64,000 nt of DNA from contig CAWGYD010000001.1 in the NCBI GenBank assembly GCA_963826785.1, positions 816,472 through 880,471 of the forward strand, written 5' to 3'. Position 1 is the stretch's first letter. Each line of letters starts with the position of its first letter. The translations under genes and the position numbers were made by a program. Shown piece by piece: positions 48,101 through 59,643 of the stretch. This DNA is from an uncultured delta proteobacterium (lineage in GTDB: Bacteria; Desulfobacterota; Desulfobacteria; Desulfobacterales; Desulfosalsimonadaceae). The notes beneath the pieces were generated by a model that had not been told where the DNA came from, ran no database searches, and saw nothing but the letters and a program-made list of their open reading frames with translations.

Positions 48101-48199
48101 TGCCAGCCCCTGGAGCAATCCTGCCTTTTCTGCCGCATAAAGACTGGATCTGGCAATCCTCAGCACCAGCAAAATGGGATTACTGGAAGCCTATAGCCG
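48101..48199 (+). repeat. ~100-bp direct repeat, left copy
   Basis: Identical to 58978-59077 except for one A. Confidence 0.92.
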
Positions 48200-48402
48200 T
48201 ATGGTGCAACTGAATGCAGCGCGCAGGGCATGCACCTTGTGGTCGCAATCCAGTCGATAGAGGTTGTTTTATTCGAAGCATTAGAGTGCATTTATACAAA
48301 GATGGCACCTAATCCGCTTGATTTTTCTTTCATGTTTTTTTATTTTAACATTTTGGGTTAAAATAAAATAAAAGAAAATCTTATTTTAGGTACGGGGGCG
48401 GA

Positions 48403-49572
48403 ATGAAGCGAGAACTCATAGGCAGATACGTTACCATATCGACGGTTGGTGAAAAGGCCCAAGCCTTCGTGCCTACACCACTGCCGCCGCATCCGCCCAT
48501 CGACTGGACACCGGAATTGCGCGGTAAGTTTGACCAGGCTCTGCTGGGACTCGGACGATTGGACAGCGTTTCGACCCTGCTGCCGGACACCTCGCTTTTC
48601 ATCTATATGTACGTCCGCAAGGAAGCGGTGCTCTCCTCCATGATCGAGGGGACCCAGTCGTCACTGTCTGATCTGCTGCTATTCGAACTGGATCAGGAGC
48701 CGGGTGTCCCGATGGATGACGTGAGGGAAGTCAGCAACTATGTCGCGGCCCTTGATCACGGGCTGCGCTTGATGAAAGATGGTCTGCCGCTATCGCTGCG
48801 GCTGTTCCGGGAGATTCATGGCGTGTTGTTGGCCGGGGGCAGGGGGCGCAATCAGATACCAGGTGAGTTCCGGCGAAGCCAGAACTGGATTGGCGGCACC
48901 CGGCCAGGGAATGCCGCCTTCGTGCCGCCTCCGGCCGAGGAGGTGCTGGAGTGCATGAGCAAGCTGGAGTTCTTCCTCCATGATCAGCCGGAACCAACGC
49001 CGGTACTGCTCAAGACGGCACTGGCCCATGTACAGTTCGAGACGATCCACCCGTTTCTGGATGGCAACGGCCGTCTGGGTCGTCTGCTGATCACGCTGCT
49101 TTTATGTGAACAAAAGGTGTTGCGTGAGCCGATGCTCTACCTTAGTCTCTATTTCAAGACGCACCGCCAGTATTACTATGAACTGCTTAACAACGTGCGT
49201 TTGACCGGTGACTGGGAAGGATGGCTCGATTTCTTCGCCGAGGCGGTTATCGTCACCGCTACCCAGGCGGTGGAAACCGCCCAAAAGCTTCTCAACCTGT
49301 CAAATCAGGATCGCGAGAAAATCAGCAATCTTGGCCGGGCGGCGGCATCGATCCTGCAGGTTCACCGGGCGCTGATGGAGCACCCCATCGCCACCTCGGG
49401 TTCACTGGTAGAGAAAATCGGCATCACACCGGCGACGGTCAATAAGGCGCTCGGCCATCTGCAGCAGCTCGGCATTGTGAAGGAGCTGACGGCCCGGAAG
49501 CGCAACCGACTGTTCAGTTATGCAGGATACATCGAGATCATGAGTCGCGGCACGGAGCTGCCGGAAAGGTAA
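48403..49572 (+). CDS. Fic-family protein with N-terminal DUF4172-like region and C-terminal HTH
   Basis: EAVLSSMIEG, HPFLDGNGRLGR. Confidence 0.93.
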   Translation: MKRELIGRYVTISTVGEKAQAFVPTPLPPHPPIDWTPELRGKFDQALLGLGRLDSVSTLLPDTSLFIYMYVRKEAVLSSMIEGTQSSLSDLLLFELDQEPGVPMDDVREVSNYVAALDHGLRLMKDGLPLSLRLFREIHGVLLAGGRGRNQIPGEFRRSQNWIGGTRPGNAAFVPPPAEEVLECMSKLEFFLHDQPEPTPVLLKTALAHVQFETIHPFLDGNGRLGRLLITLLLCEQKVLREPMLYLSLYFKTHRQYYYELLNNVRLTGDWEGWLDFFAEAVIVTATQAVETAQKLLNLSNQDREKISNLGRAAASILQVHRALMEHPIATSGSLVEKIGITPATVNKALGHLQQLGIVKELTARKRNRLFSYAGYIEIMSRGTELPER

Positions 49573-49859
49573 TTTGGAAAAGATGATAAAAAACACAGAA
49601 ATGATCATTCCATACACACCGGACATACCGGTTTGATGAAGTCGGATATTTTTTATCAAGCAGGGTTATCCCGATTAATATCTTGTGATCATCCGTCCAA
49701 ATGGGATTTCATTCCGCCCCGGGCAGACTGCTCGATCCGTTTTACAAGTGCGTGCAGCATCTGCAACGCCTCTTTTCCATCCTCATCCAAGAGAATTCTT
49801 TTCATTTCCTGAAATTCCTGTTCGGTCAACGTCACCACCATCAGAAGGCCTCCTTTTGC

Positions 49860-52800
49860 ATTTTTTTATCCACGCTATAAGCGAACATGGGAATATAGAT
49901 CAGCGTCAGCACGGTTCCGACCAGAAGCCCGCCCAACAGCCACATCGGCCAGGGGCGAGAGCCGTTCCAGCCCGACGGCCCATTCAAAAGCAATGGGGAT
50001 CATGCCGGCAATGGTGCCGAACGCGGTCATGAAGACCGGCCGGAAGCGCACCCGCACGCTTTCCAGGGCCGCCTCGAACGGTGAATTGTTTTCACTGCGG
50101 AATCCTGGTAAAAATCGATCAGCAGAATCGAATTTTTAATGATGATGCCGAACAGCAGCAGAATGCCCACCATGCTGGGCATGCAGCTCGGCTTGTTAAA
50201 GATCAGCATCCCCCAGGAGGCGCCGATCATGGCCAATGGCAATACCAGCACCATGACAATGGCCAGGCGCACCGATTGGTAAATGGCGACCAGCGCCATG
50301 AGCAGCAGGATCACACCCATGACCGATCGATTTGATCATCCGCCCGAAGGAGTCCTTCATCTGCGCGATGTCGCCTTCCTGACTGACCTCCACTCCTTGC
50401 AGGCCGGCCGATTTGAGCGCGGCCACGGCGTGTCTTCGGTCAGGATGGAAATGGCCCGCCCGCTGCGGTAGCCGGAAACGTCCAGCGAGTAAAGCATCTG
50501 GTTGCGTTCGATCTTGTTGGCGGTCATCCCGTAATCGATTTGCGCCAGGGCGCTCAAGGGCACGGGGCCTTTGGGCGTCTGGACGGGAATCAGGCGCAAT
50601 TGATCAAAGTTCCCGTCAAAGGGCCGGTTGAAATAGAGGCGCACGAACTGGTTCTGCATGGAGACCAGGTTCCCGCTTACCGTGACCGGAACGCCGGACA
50701 GGGGGAGCTGGGCGGCGATCTGTGCCGGCGTCATGCCATAGGCCAGGGCGCGATTGGTGTCGATGTTCAGCCGTGCCTCCATAAAATCGTTGTCCCAGCT
50801 GGTGTTGACCGAGGTTAAGCCTTTGACCGTTTCCAGTGCGGCCGCCGCCTTGGCCGCTGCCGCGGGCAGGACATGGTAGTCTTCCGCCAGCAGCCGGACG
50901 TCTATGGGCGCCTTGATGCTGGACATGGGTGTGGCCCCGAAATCATAGACATCGGCGGCTTTGACGTTTTGAAGAGTCGGCCAGCCGGGACCGGATCTCA
51001 TCCTCGATCCGCCAGATGCTTTTCTTTCGCTGGAACCGGTCAACACAATTGATGGTCATCATCGCCTCGGCGGGCAGCGAACCCGAGCCCAACGACAACA
51101 CGCCGGGTTCGGACCCGAAACTCACCGAACTCATGACCACTTCCGGCTGCTTGTGAAGCCAGTCCAGAAAGGGTGCCAGGCGTTTTTCCGCCGCATCCGT
51201 CGTCTCATTGGCGCTGAACCTGACATGGGCCTTGATAATGCCGGTATCCATGGGCGGCATCAGGTCCCGGCCGATCACCGGCATGATGCTTTTCACACTG
51301 ACGGCCAGCAGGACGACAACCCCGATGGTCATCAGAATCCGCCGCAAGCCGGAACGGCCCGGCAGGAAAATCGCAAAATGGCGAGATAGGGGCCGACCAG
51401 ACGTCCGAAGCTTTTTTCATAGAGCCGGTCGAGGGCCAGTTCGAACCGCGTCTTTGCCGTCCCTTTTCGGTAGAGGAAAAACGAGATGGCAGGAATAAAG
51501 GTAATGGATAAAAAGTAGGAAACCAGCAGGGCGATGATCAGGGTGGAGATCAGCGGGCCGAAAAATCTGCTGCGGAAAATCACCGGCAAAAAGAAACGGG
51601 AACATGATGGCCACGGTGGCCACGGTGCCGGCGAAAACCGGCGCGATCGACTTCCTTGGTGCCGGCGATAATGGCCGTGTTCAGATCCTGCTTCAACTCC
51701 ACCAGGTGCCGTTCGATATTTTCAAGGACCACCACCGCATCATCGACCAGCATCCCAAGGCCAGGATGATAGCGGTGTAAATGACGATGTTCAGTTCGCC
51801 GCCGCTCATCCAGATAATCGCCAGCGTGGCAAAAAACACCATGGGAATGGAGGCCAGGGCGGCGGCCACGGCCCGCAGGTTGCCCAAAAAAAGCAGAATG
51901 ACCAGCAAGGTGAAGATGATGGCATCCCGCAGGGCTTCCAGCATATTGGTATTGGCGGTGTTGATCAGGTTGCGCTGGGTGTCGGCCAGTTGAAAGCGGA
52001 TGTTGGGGTAGCGCGGTTTCAAAGTTATTGATCACCGCACGGCCTGCCTTGCTGGTGGCCAGCACCGATCCGCCCGGTGCGCGCTGAATCGCCAGGGCGA
52101 TGGCGGCCTTTCCGTTGCCCTCGTAGCCGGAAAAGCGCTTCTGGTGTTCCCATTTGACCTCGGCGATATCGCCCAGGCGCACGTTGGTCGCCACGGGCAG
52201 CATCCTCAGATCTTCGATGCGGTTGTGTTCCCCGTAAACGGTGAGGGTATAAAAGGAATCGGCGCCTTTGCTGAAACCGATGGGCGCATCCCGGTCCAGG
52301 GCGCGCACCGTGGCGCTGATTTTATCCAGGCTCAGCGCCATAGGCCTTGGCCTTGAAGGGATTGACATTGATGCTGATCGCGCTCTGGTAGCCGCCGAAT
52401 ATTTCCACGTTGCCGACATTCGGGTTGCGCAGCAGGGCGGGCTTGATGTCGCTTTCGGCGATTTTGCGCACATCATCCAGCGTCAGGCCGCCGCCGGCCG
52501 GTGACAGGGCGAACACATCCACCGGCAGAATATGGGAGCCGGCCGTGTAGATGGAAGGATTGACTTCCGGCGGCAGTTTGCCGCGCACTTTGTTGATGGC
52601 GTTGTTGACGTCCACGGCCGCCGGGCTCCAGCCCTTTGGCGTATTCGAATTCGGCCGTGACAATGGACATGCCGGCGATATTGACGGAGCTGACCTGCCG
52701 GATCTGGGAAAGGGTGGAGACCTCTTCTTCAATGGGCTTGGAAACCGTGGCGGCGACGACATTCGGGTGTGGCTCCGGGCACCTGGCTCATGACGATGAT

Positions 52801-52926
52801 CGTCGGCCGGTCGCTGTCCGGAAAAAGATTTTTGGGCATCTCGATCAAACCGTAGACGCCAAGCACGAAAAAACCGGCAATCAGGCTGTACAGCAGGTAT
52901 GGACGTTTGTGAAAGAAATCGAACAT
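49860..52926 (-). pseudogene. AcrB/CzcA-type RND permease broken by about a dozen single-base frameshifts
   Basis: Consecutive fragments in alternating frames: LFPDSDRP, AAVDVNNAI, GMLVDDAVVVLENIER, GIIIKNSILLIDF, RFRPVFMTA. Confidence 0.85.
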
Positions 52927-52936
52927 GCCGGTCCTC

Positions 52937-53216
52937 CTATAAATTGCTCTGAACCACGGGGACGCCCGTGGCCACCCGCAGGAGGATATCCGGCTTGGCG
53001 ATGATCACGGCTTTGCCTTCCAGATTTTCCGCAACGGTTACGCCTTCAACACCGCGGGCTTTGATATGCACCTCAATTCGCCGCGCTTTCCCGTCGGGGG
53101 TCAAAACAAATACCGATGAGGCGCTGTCCATGGTCAATATCGCATTAACGGGGAGCAACACATCATCGGCTTTGTAAACGACCACGCGCACATTGACAAA
53201 CTGGCCTTCAACCAGT
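52937..53216 (-). pseudogene. C-terminal fragment of an RND periplasmic adaptor
   Basis: GLVEGQFVNVRVV..LLPVNAIL..VFVL; no start of its own. Confidence 0.7.
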
Positions 53217-53781
53217 CCAATTCCGATCCGGGAGACCGTCCGGTTTTCACTTTGAGCGCCATATCATCACGGGTTTTGGCCAAAGACGCGCGCCTGGCTT
53301 CGATGGCCTTTTCAAGGCCCCGCAGGTAGGTCAAAGCGCTGTCTAATGAAACAACCGCAGCTTCCCGGCCGAGCAGATCAAGCTTCCGGTCGATTTCGGC
53401 CTTTTGATTCAATATTGCCGCCTTTTGTCGAAGGACGTAGAATTCCCTGACGTAAACGGGGGCATCGAGCGTTAATCCATAGCGCAGGATCTGCCGGGAA
53501 AACGGAATGGATTCGCCGCCCTGGACATTGACTTCCGTGGGGGACATGGGCCGCAGGTTGGTCGGGGAATTATAGGTCTCCGCCCGGCCGAACAAAGCCA
53601 CCCTGGGAAACAGGGCTGAAGTGGCCGCCTTTTGTTCAAGTGCGCTTTCATGGACGGACATCGCGCTGATTTCATAACCCGGCTGCCGCGCTGTCGCTTC
53701 CAAAAGATCGTTGATTCCAACCGCCCAGCTTTGCCCGACCCAGAGCAGGCAAAATACCACCACAGTGAAAAGCCGCTTCAT
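53217..53781 (-). pseudogene. N-terminal fragment of a TolC-family outer-membrane factor
   Basis: Signal peptide, SALFPRV, KVKTGRSP; ends at the junction with the adaptor fragment. Confidence 0.7.
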
Positions 53782-53789
53782 TTGAGCTC

Positions 53790-54905
53790 CTACATCAAAA
53801 AATTAAAGAGATAACCCACCAGCAGGATGCCCATACCGACAACGCCGATAAAGGTGGCAATCAAAGTCGGTTTGAGTACCTTGCGCAGAATGATCATTTC
53901 GGGCAGCGATAACGCGATCACCGACATCATGAACGCCAGGACGGTCCCCAGGGCCGCACCCTTGCTGAGCAGCGCCTGGACGATGGGGATAATGCCGGCG
54001 GCATTGGAATACATGGGAATGCCGATCAGCACCGACAACGGAACCGACCACCATGCCGATTTCCCCATGAAAGAGGCCATGATCCCCTGGGGAACGTATC
54101 CGTGTATGCCTGCGCCCACGGCAATCCCCAGCATGACATAGAGCCACACCTTGCCGACGATATCGCGCACGGCCTCAAAACCGTACCGAAGCCGCTCGGA
54201 CCAATCATTCGGGCCGTCTCCCATGTCGAGTTTTCCGGCCTGGATCTGAAAAACCCATTCTTCGAGATGCCGCTCCATTTTGAACCGCCCGATGACCCAG
54301 CCGGCAATGATGGCGATCATCAGACCCATCCCCATGTAAATTGCCGCCACCTGCCAGCCGAACAGGCCATAGAGCAGCACCAGGGCGATTTCGTTCACCA
54401 TGGGGGCGGCAATCAGAAACGAGAAGGTCACGCCCAGCGGTACGCCCGTGGTCACGAAACCGAGAAAAAGCGGTACGGCCGAACAGGAGCAGAATGGGGT
54501 AACAATCCCCAGGCCGGCGGCCAGCACATTGCCCACGGATTCGCGTTTACCGGCCAAAATGGCGCGGGTGCGCTCCGGAGTGAAGAACGAACGGATGATG
54601 CCCACGCCGAAGACCACCAGCGTCAGCAGCATGAGCACTTTCGGCGTTTCGAACACGAAAAACCAGACCGCGCTGCCGAGATGGCCGCTCATTGAGAAGC
54701 CCATCATGCCGGAAAGCAGTTGCGTAAGCAGATTGGCAAATTTTTCGAGATTCCAGTAAACCGGAAACCATACGGCAATCAGCAGTACGCTTGCTGCCAG
54801 GTACACTGCCATGTGCGATTGATGGGCGTCAGCCATCACGGAAGCGCTGTCCGTATTTTCAGCGTGGCAGCAACTATTTTTATCTTCCAATTGATCCGGG
54901 TCCAT
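53790..54905 (-). CDS. ArsP/DUF318-family permease
   Basis: TPFCSCSAVPLF, FLIAAPMVNE, GIPMYSNAAG, LSLPEMIIL. Confidence 0.9.
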   Translation of the reverse strand: MDPDQLEDKNSCCHAENTDSASVMADAHQSHMAVYLAASVLLIAVWFPVYWNLEKFANLLTQLLSGMMGFSMSGHLGSAVWFFVFETPKVLMLLTLVVFGVGIIRSFFTPERTRAILAGKRESVGNVLAAGLGIVTPFCSCSAVPLFLGFVTTGVPLGVTFSFLIAAPMVNEIALVLLYGLFGWQVAAIYMGMGLMIAIIAGWVIGRFKMERHLEEWVFQIQAGKLDMGDGPNDWSERLRYGFEAVRDIVGKVWLYVMLGIAVGAGIHGYVPQGIMASFMGKSAWWSVPLSVLIGIPMYSNAAGIIPIVQALLSKGAALGTVLAFMMSVIALSLPEMIILRKVLKPTLIATFIGVVGMGILLVGYLFNFLM

Positions 54906-55058
54906 GTCATCCTCTCTTTTCATTCGCGGAAATCGGTTTTATATATCGTTAAAACAGAATATAGGCTTGGCCATGCATGCATGTCAAACATTAAATATAG
55001 TTATTGACAACCAAAAAATGTACCTTTATATTCTTATTTAACGATTCAAGGAGTTCTG

Positions 55059-55427
55059 ATGAAGCCATTTATCAAAGTTATGAAAGCCTTATCCGACCCC
55101 ACCCGGATCAAAATGATGAAGATGCTCCAGCGACGCATGATGTGTGTATGCGAGATCCAGGCCCTGCTGGGAATCGCCCAGTCCACCGCCAGCAAGCACC
55201 TCCAGTTGCTGGAAGAGGCCGGGCTGGTCATTCACCACAAGGATGGATTATGGGTCAATTACACATTGTCTGACGGCGGTGATCATCCTTATGCGTCAAG
55301 CATGCTCGGCAACCTCCGGCACTGGTTGGAAGATGACCCGGAAATAGAGGCCCTGCAGGAGCAATTACCCCAAATCCACCGGGAAAATATCTGTTCCCGA
55401 AGTAATGATATCAAGATTCCGAAATAA
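55059..55427 (+). CDS. arsR: ArsR/SmtB transcriptional repressor
   Basis: KALSDPTRIKM, MCVCEI, QSTASKHL, GLWVNY. Confidence 0.9.
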   Translation: MKPFIKVMKALSDPTRIKMMKMLQRRMMCVCEIQALLGIAQSTASKHLQLLEEAGLVIHHKDGLWVNYTLSDGGDHPYASSMLGNLRHWLEDDPEIEALQEQLPQIHRENICSRSNDIKIPK

Positions 55428-55437
55428 TAGATTCAAA

Positions 55438-55944
55438 ATGGCTTATGATATCAAGCAGATAAGAATAGGCAAACACGATTTCGGCATTGTGGGATTAACC
55501 GGGGCCATTGCATCTGTTGCCCGGGCGCATAAAGGCGCAGAAGATTCCGTTATTGCCGAGGCCCTGTTTCAGATGCTTTCCAGAGACAATTATATCCCGG
55601 CAGAGGCGAAAGAGAATTACAAGGTGGCATTTTTAAGAGCATATCAGAAAGACCAGGGCCTGCCATTAACTGTCGAGGATGCCGCTAAAGAGGGACTGGT
55701 GGTCACAGTGGTCGGTCCCGGGTGCAGCATGTGCGATAAACTCGAACTTGATGTGATGAACATCCTTTCAAAGCTCAAACTTGCCGGCCGCGTCGATCAC
55801 ATCAGGGATTTGAAAGAAATCGCCCAAATGGGTATCATGGGGACGCCCGCGCTTTTGATTAATGGCGAGAAAAAGTGCGCGGGGTCCGTCCCGTCACAGT
55901 CACAACTCTTTGAATGGCTAAAACCATTTCAAAAAGAACAATAG
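55438..55944 (+). CDS. Thioredoxin-family protein with N-terminal extension
   Basis: GPGCSMC, GIMGTPALLING. Confidence 0.85.
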   Translation: MAYDIKQIRIGKHDFGIVGLTGAIASVARAHKGAEDSVIAEALFQMLSRDNYIPAEAKENYKVAFLRAYQKDQGLPLTVEDAAKEGLVVTVVGPGCSMCDKLELDVMNILSKLKLAGRVDHIRDLKEIAQMGIMGTPALLINGEKKCAGSVPSQSQLFEWLKPFQKEQ

Positions 55945-55954
55945 GGAGGCTGTC

Positions 55955-56188
55955 GTGGAAATTAAAGTGTTGGGGCCGGGCTGCCCCAAATGCATGAAAA
56001 CCGAAGAAATCGTAAAGGAAGCGGTGGCGGAATCCGGCATCGGTGCATCCGTGGAAAAAGTGAGCGACATGATGGAAATTGCCAGGCACGGCATCATGGG
56101 AACCCCCGCCGTGGTCATTGACGGCCAGGTGAAATCCGTCGGTAAGGTGCCCAAAAAAGCTGAAGTCCTGAAATGGATTAAAAAATAG
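55955..56188 (+). CDS. Small redox-active disulfide protein (thioredoxin_3)
   Basis: IKVLGPGCPKC, GIMGTPAVVIDG. Confidence 0.92.
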   Translation: MEIKVLGPGCPKCMKTEEIVKEAVAESGIGASVEKVSDMMEIARHGIMGTPAVVIDGQVKSVGKVPKKAEVLKWIKK

Positions 56189-56204
56189 TTTGAGAGAGGG
56201 TCCC

Positions 56205-56442
56205 ATGCTTCTGACGGGCTATACCAAGCGGATATTCCGGCCCGAGTGCAATTCCAGCTTCGAGTCCTTACATTGCATCGCCGCATTGAACCAGGATGTC
56301 ACCGAAACTCTGCCGTATCTGAATGCGGAATTAGGGGGCACGCAATATTTTGTCGATCCACCGGCGGTGATGTTTCATGTCTATGGCAAGATTATCAAGG
56401 TCAGCGGCAAGGAGATCGCGTTAAATGCATTAAAGGACGAAA
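56205..56442 (+). pseudogene. N-terminal fragment of an (Fe-S)-binding protein
   Basis: FRPEC..HCIA..LPYLNAELG..NALKDE; truncated at the junction with acr3. Confidence 0.6.
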
Positions 56443-56862
56443 ATCAGCCCCATTACCCTGATCGCTCTGCTGTTTACCATCCTGGTGATGTTTTCCCTTA
56501 AAGGCGAATACATCGTGGAACTGCCGCTGGATGTGGTCCGGGTGGCGATCCCCCTGTGCATTTACTTCATCATCATGTTTTTCGTATCTTTTTACCTGTC
56601 CCTGAAGGTCCGGGCCACCTATGAGCAGGCCACCACGCTCTCCTTTACGGCGGCCTCGAACAATTTCGAACTGGCCATCGCCGTGGCGGTATCCGTCTTT
56701 GGCATCAACTCGGGCCAGGCGTTTGCCGCAGTGATCGTCCCCTTGGTGGAAGTGCCGGTGCTGATTTCCCTGGTGAATGTGGCCCTTTGGTTTAAACGGA
56801 AATATTTCCCCTACGAACTGGCAACGCTCACAGGGGTATGCCATGTGAGCTGCAAGCCATAA
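56440..56862 (+). pseudogene. acr3: C-terminal fragment of an Acr3 arsenite efflux pump
   Basis: [46 protein letters not shown]. Confidence 0.85.
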
Positions 56863-56912
56863 TCCTGTCTGGCAAAAATCACCTGAATCTTTAATTTGGA
56901 GGTTTTATTTTC

Positions 56913-57365
56913 ATGCGGTTTATTTCAAAAAAGAGCGCTCTTTGTATTTTCCTGATTTCCATGCTGACGTTTATCTTTTCCGCTGCCGCGGCAGCGGAGG
57001 ACGGCCCTGCGGCCGACAACCAGAAACCCGACCATTATATGGTGGCCACCTATTTTCACAACACAGTCCGCTGCCCCACCTGCCATAAAATCGAAGAGCT
57101 GTCCGCGGAGACCATTCAGAACAACTTTACCGAAGCATTGAAAAACGGGACATTGGTCTGGCGGGTCATCAACGTGGATGAATCTGAAAATCAGCATTAC
57201 AACCAGGATTATCAGCTCTACACCAAATCGATCATCGTTTCGGAAGTCAAAGACGGCAAAGAGATCAGATGGAAAAACCTGGACAAGATCTGGACGCTGG
57301 TCCGGGATGATCAAAAATTTGAAGAGTATGTGACCTCGGAAGTTCAAGACTGGTTGAAAGAATAG
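56913..57365 (+). CDS. ArsF-like exported thioredoxin-fold protein
   Basis: Signal peptide, YFHNTVRCPTCHKIE, WKNLDKIW. Confidence 0.75.
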   Translation: MRFISKKSALCIFLISMLTFIFSAAAAAEDGPAADNQKPDHYMVATYFHNTVRCPTCHKIEELSAETIQNNFTEALKNGTLVWRVINVDESENQHYNQDYQLYTKSIIVSEVKDGKEIRWKNLDKIWTLVRDDQKFEEYVTSEVQDWLKE

Positions 57366-57367
57366 AT

Positions 57368-58063
57368 ATGGAAATGGGTTCGGTTCAGATCCTGTCGGCC
57401 GTGTGGCTGGGCATCCTGACTTCCATCAGCCCGTGCCCCCTGGCCACCAACATCGCCGCCACCACCTATATCGGCAAGCAGATCAATTCCCGGTATGCCA
57501 CCATTTTGGCTGCCATGGCCTACACCCTCGGCCGGATGCTGTCTTATATGGTCATCAGCATCCTGATCATTGCCGGGCTGATCTCCATTCCGGGGGTGGC
57601 CCGGTTTCTCCAACTGCACATGAATCAGGTCCTGGGGCCGATCCTGCTGGTCACCGGACTGTTCATTCTCGATCTGTTCAGGCTGAAGCTGCCGAATCTC
57701 TCCCTTGATGCCGGCCGGCTCCAGAAGATAGGGGAGAGCGGGCTGGTGGGCGGCGTGCTGCTGGGATTTTTATTTGCCCTGACGTTCTGCCCGGTTTCGG
57801 CCGCTCTCTTTTTCGGCAGCGTGATTCCTCTGGCGCTCAAATTCAACTCCCGGGTGATGCTCCCCTTCTGCTACGGGCTTGGCACTGCGGCGCCGGTGAT
57901 CGGCTCAGCCCTGATCATCGCCTACAGTAGCAGGCTTGCGGGTCAATTTTTCAACCGGCTCTCGGTGGCCGAGCGCTGGCTTCGCCGGATCACCGGAGCC
58001 CTTTTCATCCTGATCGGTCTCTATTTCTGCCTCAAGTACATTTTCGGGGTCATCAATTTCTGA
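57368..58063 (+). CDS. ArsG-like (DsbD/CcdA-type) membrane protein
   Basis: SISPCPLATNIAA, FCPVSAALFF. Confidence 0.8.
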   Translation: MEMGSVQILSAVWLGILTSISPCPLATNIAATTYIGKQINSRYATILAAMAYTLGRMLSYMVISILIIAGLISIPGVARFLQLHMNQVLGPILLVTGLFILDLFRLKLPNLSLDAGRLQKIGESGLVGGVLLGFLFALTFCPVSAALFFGSVIPLALKFNSRVMLPFCYGLGTAAPVIGSALIIAYSSRLAGQFFNRLSVAERWLRRITGALFILIGLYFCLKYIFGVINF

Positions 58064-58139
58064 AAAAAAAATTGAGGAAGAAAATCCGACAGGTACCGGA
58101 ACCATATTCAAATTTCTTTTTTGGAGGAGTTGTTTTCTC

Positions 58140-58859
58140 ATGCCAAGGATCAAAACCCGGCGTCTCCGAAATTCGGGGGCATTCCTTATCATTATTTTTG
58201 CTGTATTTGCGATAAATACTGCAGTTGCTGCACAGGACATTCCAGACCAGCTGAAAATACTCTCTTCCAAGCCCTATGCGCCCGTCATTAAAGTACTGGA
58301 TACAGAATCGAGTCTCGGTCCGCTGTCTTCAAATCCGCAAACAGTCACCCTGCAGGATCTCGTCCGCTACCATGGCCATCCCTGCGATGGTCTCGTCGTG
58401 GCCTCGGCAGCCATTGGTTATGGTTTTAAAATCCTCTTTCCGGATGGGATCATCGACAGGACGGACATGGTAGCAGCGGTTAATGGATCACCCTGCTATG
58501 GGGATGCGGCGGCATACTTGACGGGGGCGAGGACACGTTACCATACGCTGATCATTGACCAAAAACTGGAGGATACATGGATTTTGCACCGGAGGTCTAC
58601 CGGAAAAACAGTGGCCGTTAGCCTCCGGGAAGGCATCAAACCAAAGGAACTGCCCGGCCTGGAAAAGAAGCTCCGGTCGGAAGGTTGCGACATGCCCCTC
58701 ATTCGCCGCATACAGGATCTACAGTTCAAATATTCTGAGGCGGTGCTCGCGAGTCCGCCCCAAAAGATTTTCGAAATCAAAAACCTGTCCTCATTTCCCT
58801 ATAAATTCGGGCCAATCCGTTCCGATGCCACCAAGGCGGGATGTAGCAGCTCCCGATAA
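58140..58859 (+). CDS. Exported FmdE-family protein
   Basis: YHGHPCDGL, SPCYGDAAAYLTG. Confidence 0.75.
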   Translation: MPRIKTRRLRNSGAFLIIIFAVFAINTAVAAQDIPDQLKILSSKPYAPVIKVLDTESSLGPLSSNPQTVTLQDLVRYHGHPCDGLVVASAAIGYGFKILFPDGIIDRTDMVAAVNGSPCYGDAAAYLTGARTRYHTLIIDQKLEDTWILHRRSTGKTVAVSLREGIKPKELPGLEKKLRSEGCDMPLIRRIQDLQFKYSEAVLASPPQKIFEIKNLSSFPYKFGPIRSDATKAGCSSSR

Positions 58860-58977
58860 CTGATATTGTGCATCCACCTCATCTCAGAATGGGGTGGATG
58901 ATAACATCAGTCCAAATCAACCCATTTCCCTTTATGATAGCAAGAACCGAAATTTTCGCCCTTGTCACAACATAATC

Positions 58978-59077
58978 TGCCAGCCCCTGGAGCAAATCCT
59001 GCCTTTTCTGCCGCATAAAGACTGGATCTGGCAATCCTCAGCACCAGCAAAATGGGATTACTGGAAGCCTATAGCCG
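58978..59077 (+). repeat. ~100-bp direct repeat, right copy
   Basis: Matches 48101-48199. Confidence 0.92.
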
Positions 59078-59643
59078 AAATGCAAGCTCTTCCAGGGGCA
59101 GGAGTTTGGTGCTTCGAGTCCCTTCTGCTATTTTGCGGACCACGATGAACTGGCTGAAGTGGTACACAGCGGGCGCATGGATCTCTGCTCCAGTTTGAAA
59201 GTCTGACCGACCCCAAGATTAAAGAAAATGTGCCCCATTCGTCCGATCCGATGACTTTTGATATTTGCAAGATCGATCATTCCGAGCGTGAACAAAATGC
59301 ACATCTTTTGCGGCTTCATCGGGATCTCATCCGGAGCAGGCGGGAAGATGACGTGTTCAAAGCACAACGGACGGATTGAATGCATGGCGCGGTGATCGGG
59401 CCGGAAGCGTTCGCCATTCGTTTTGTGTCTTTCGAGGCGGAGTTTCGACTTCTGCTCACCCAATCGGCGCTGATCAGTTTCACCCGCCATACCATTTAAA
59501 GCCCTGAAAATGGCCATATGTGACCGATAATTCATATATGGCCATTTTTTTATGGCGGTTAACGGCTGTTCTGAAATCCCCCTATGGCTCATTTGATTGC
59601 AGTTTCAGGATGATGGGCATCTATTGCCTCCGCGTATGCGTCT

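Noticed and set aside
59058..59592. Minus-strand ORFs beside the right direct repeat as an integrase remnant
   Set aside because: No tyrosine or serine recombinase motifs are visible.
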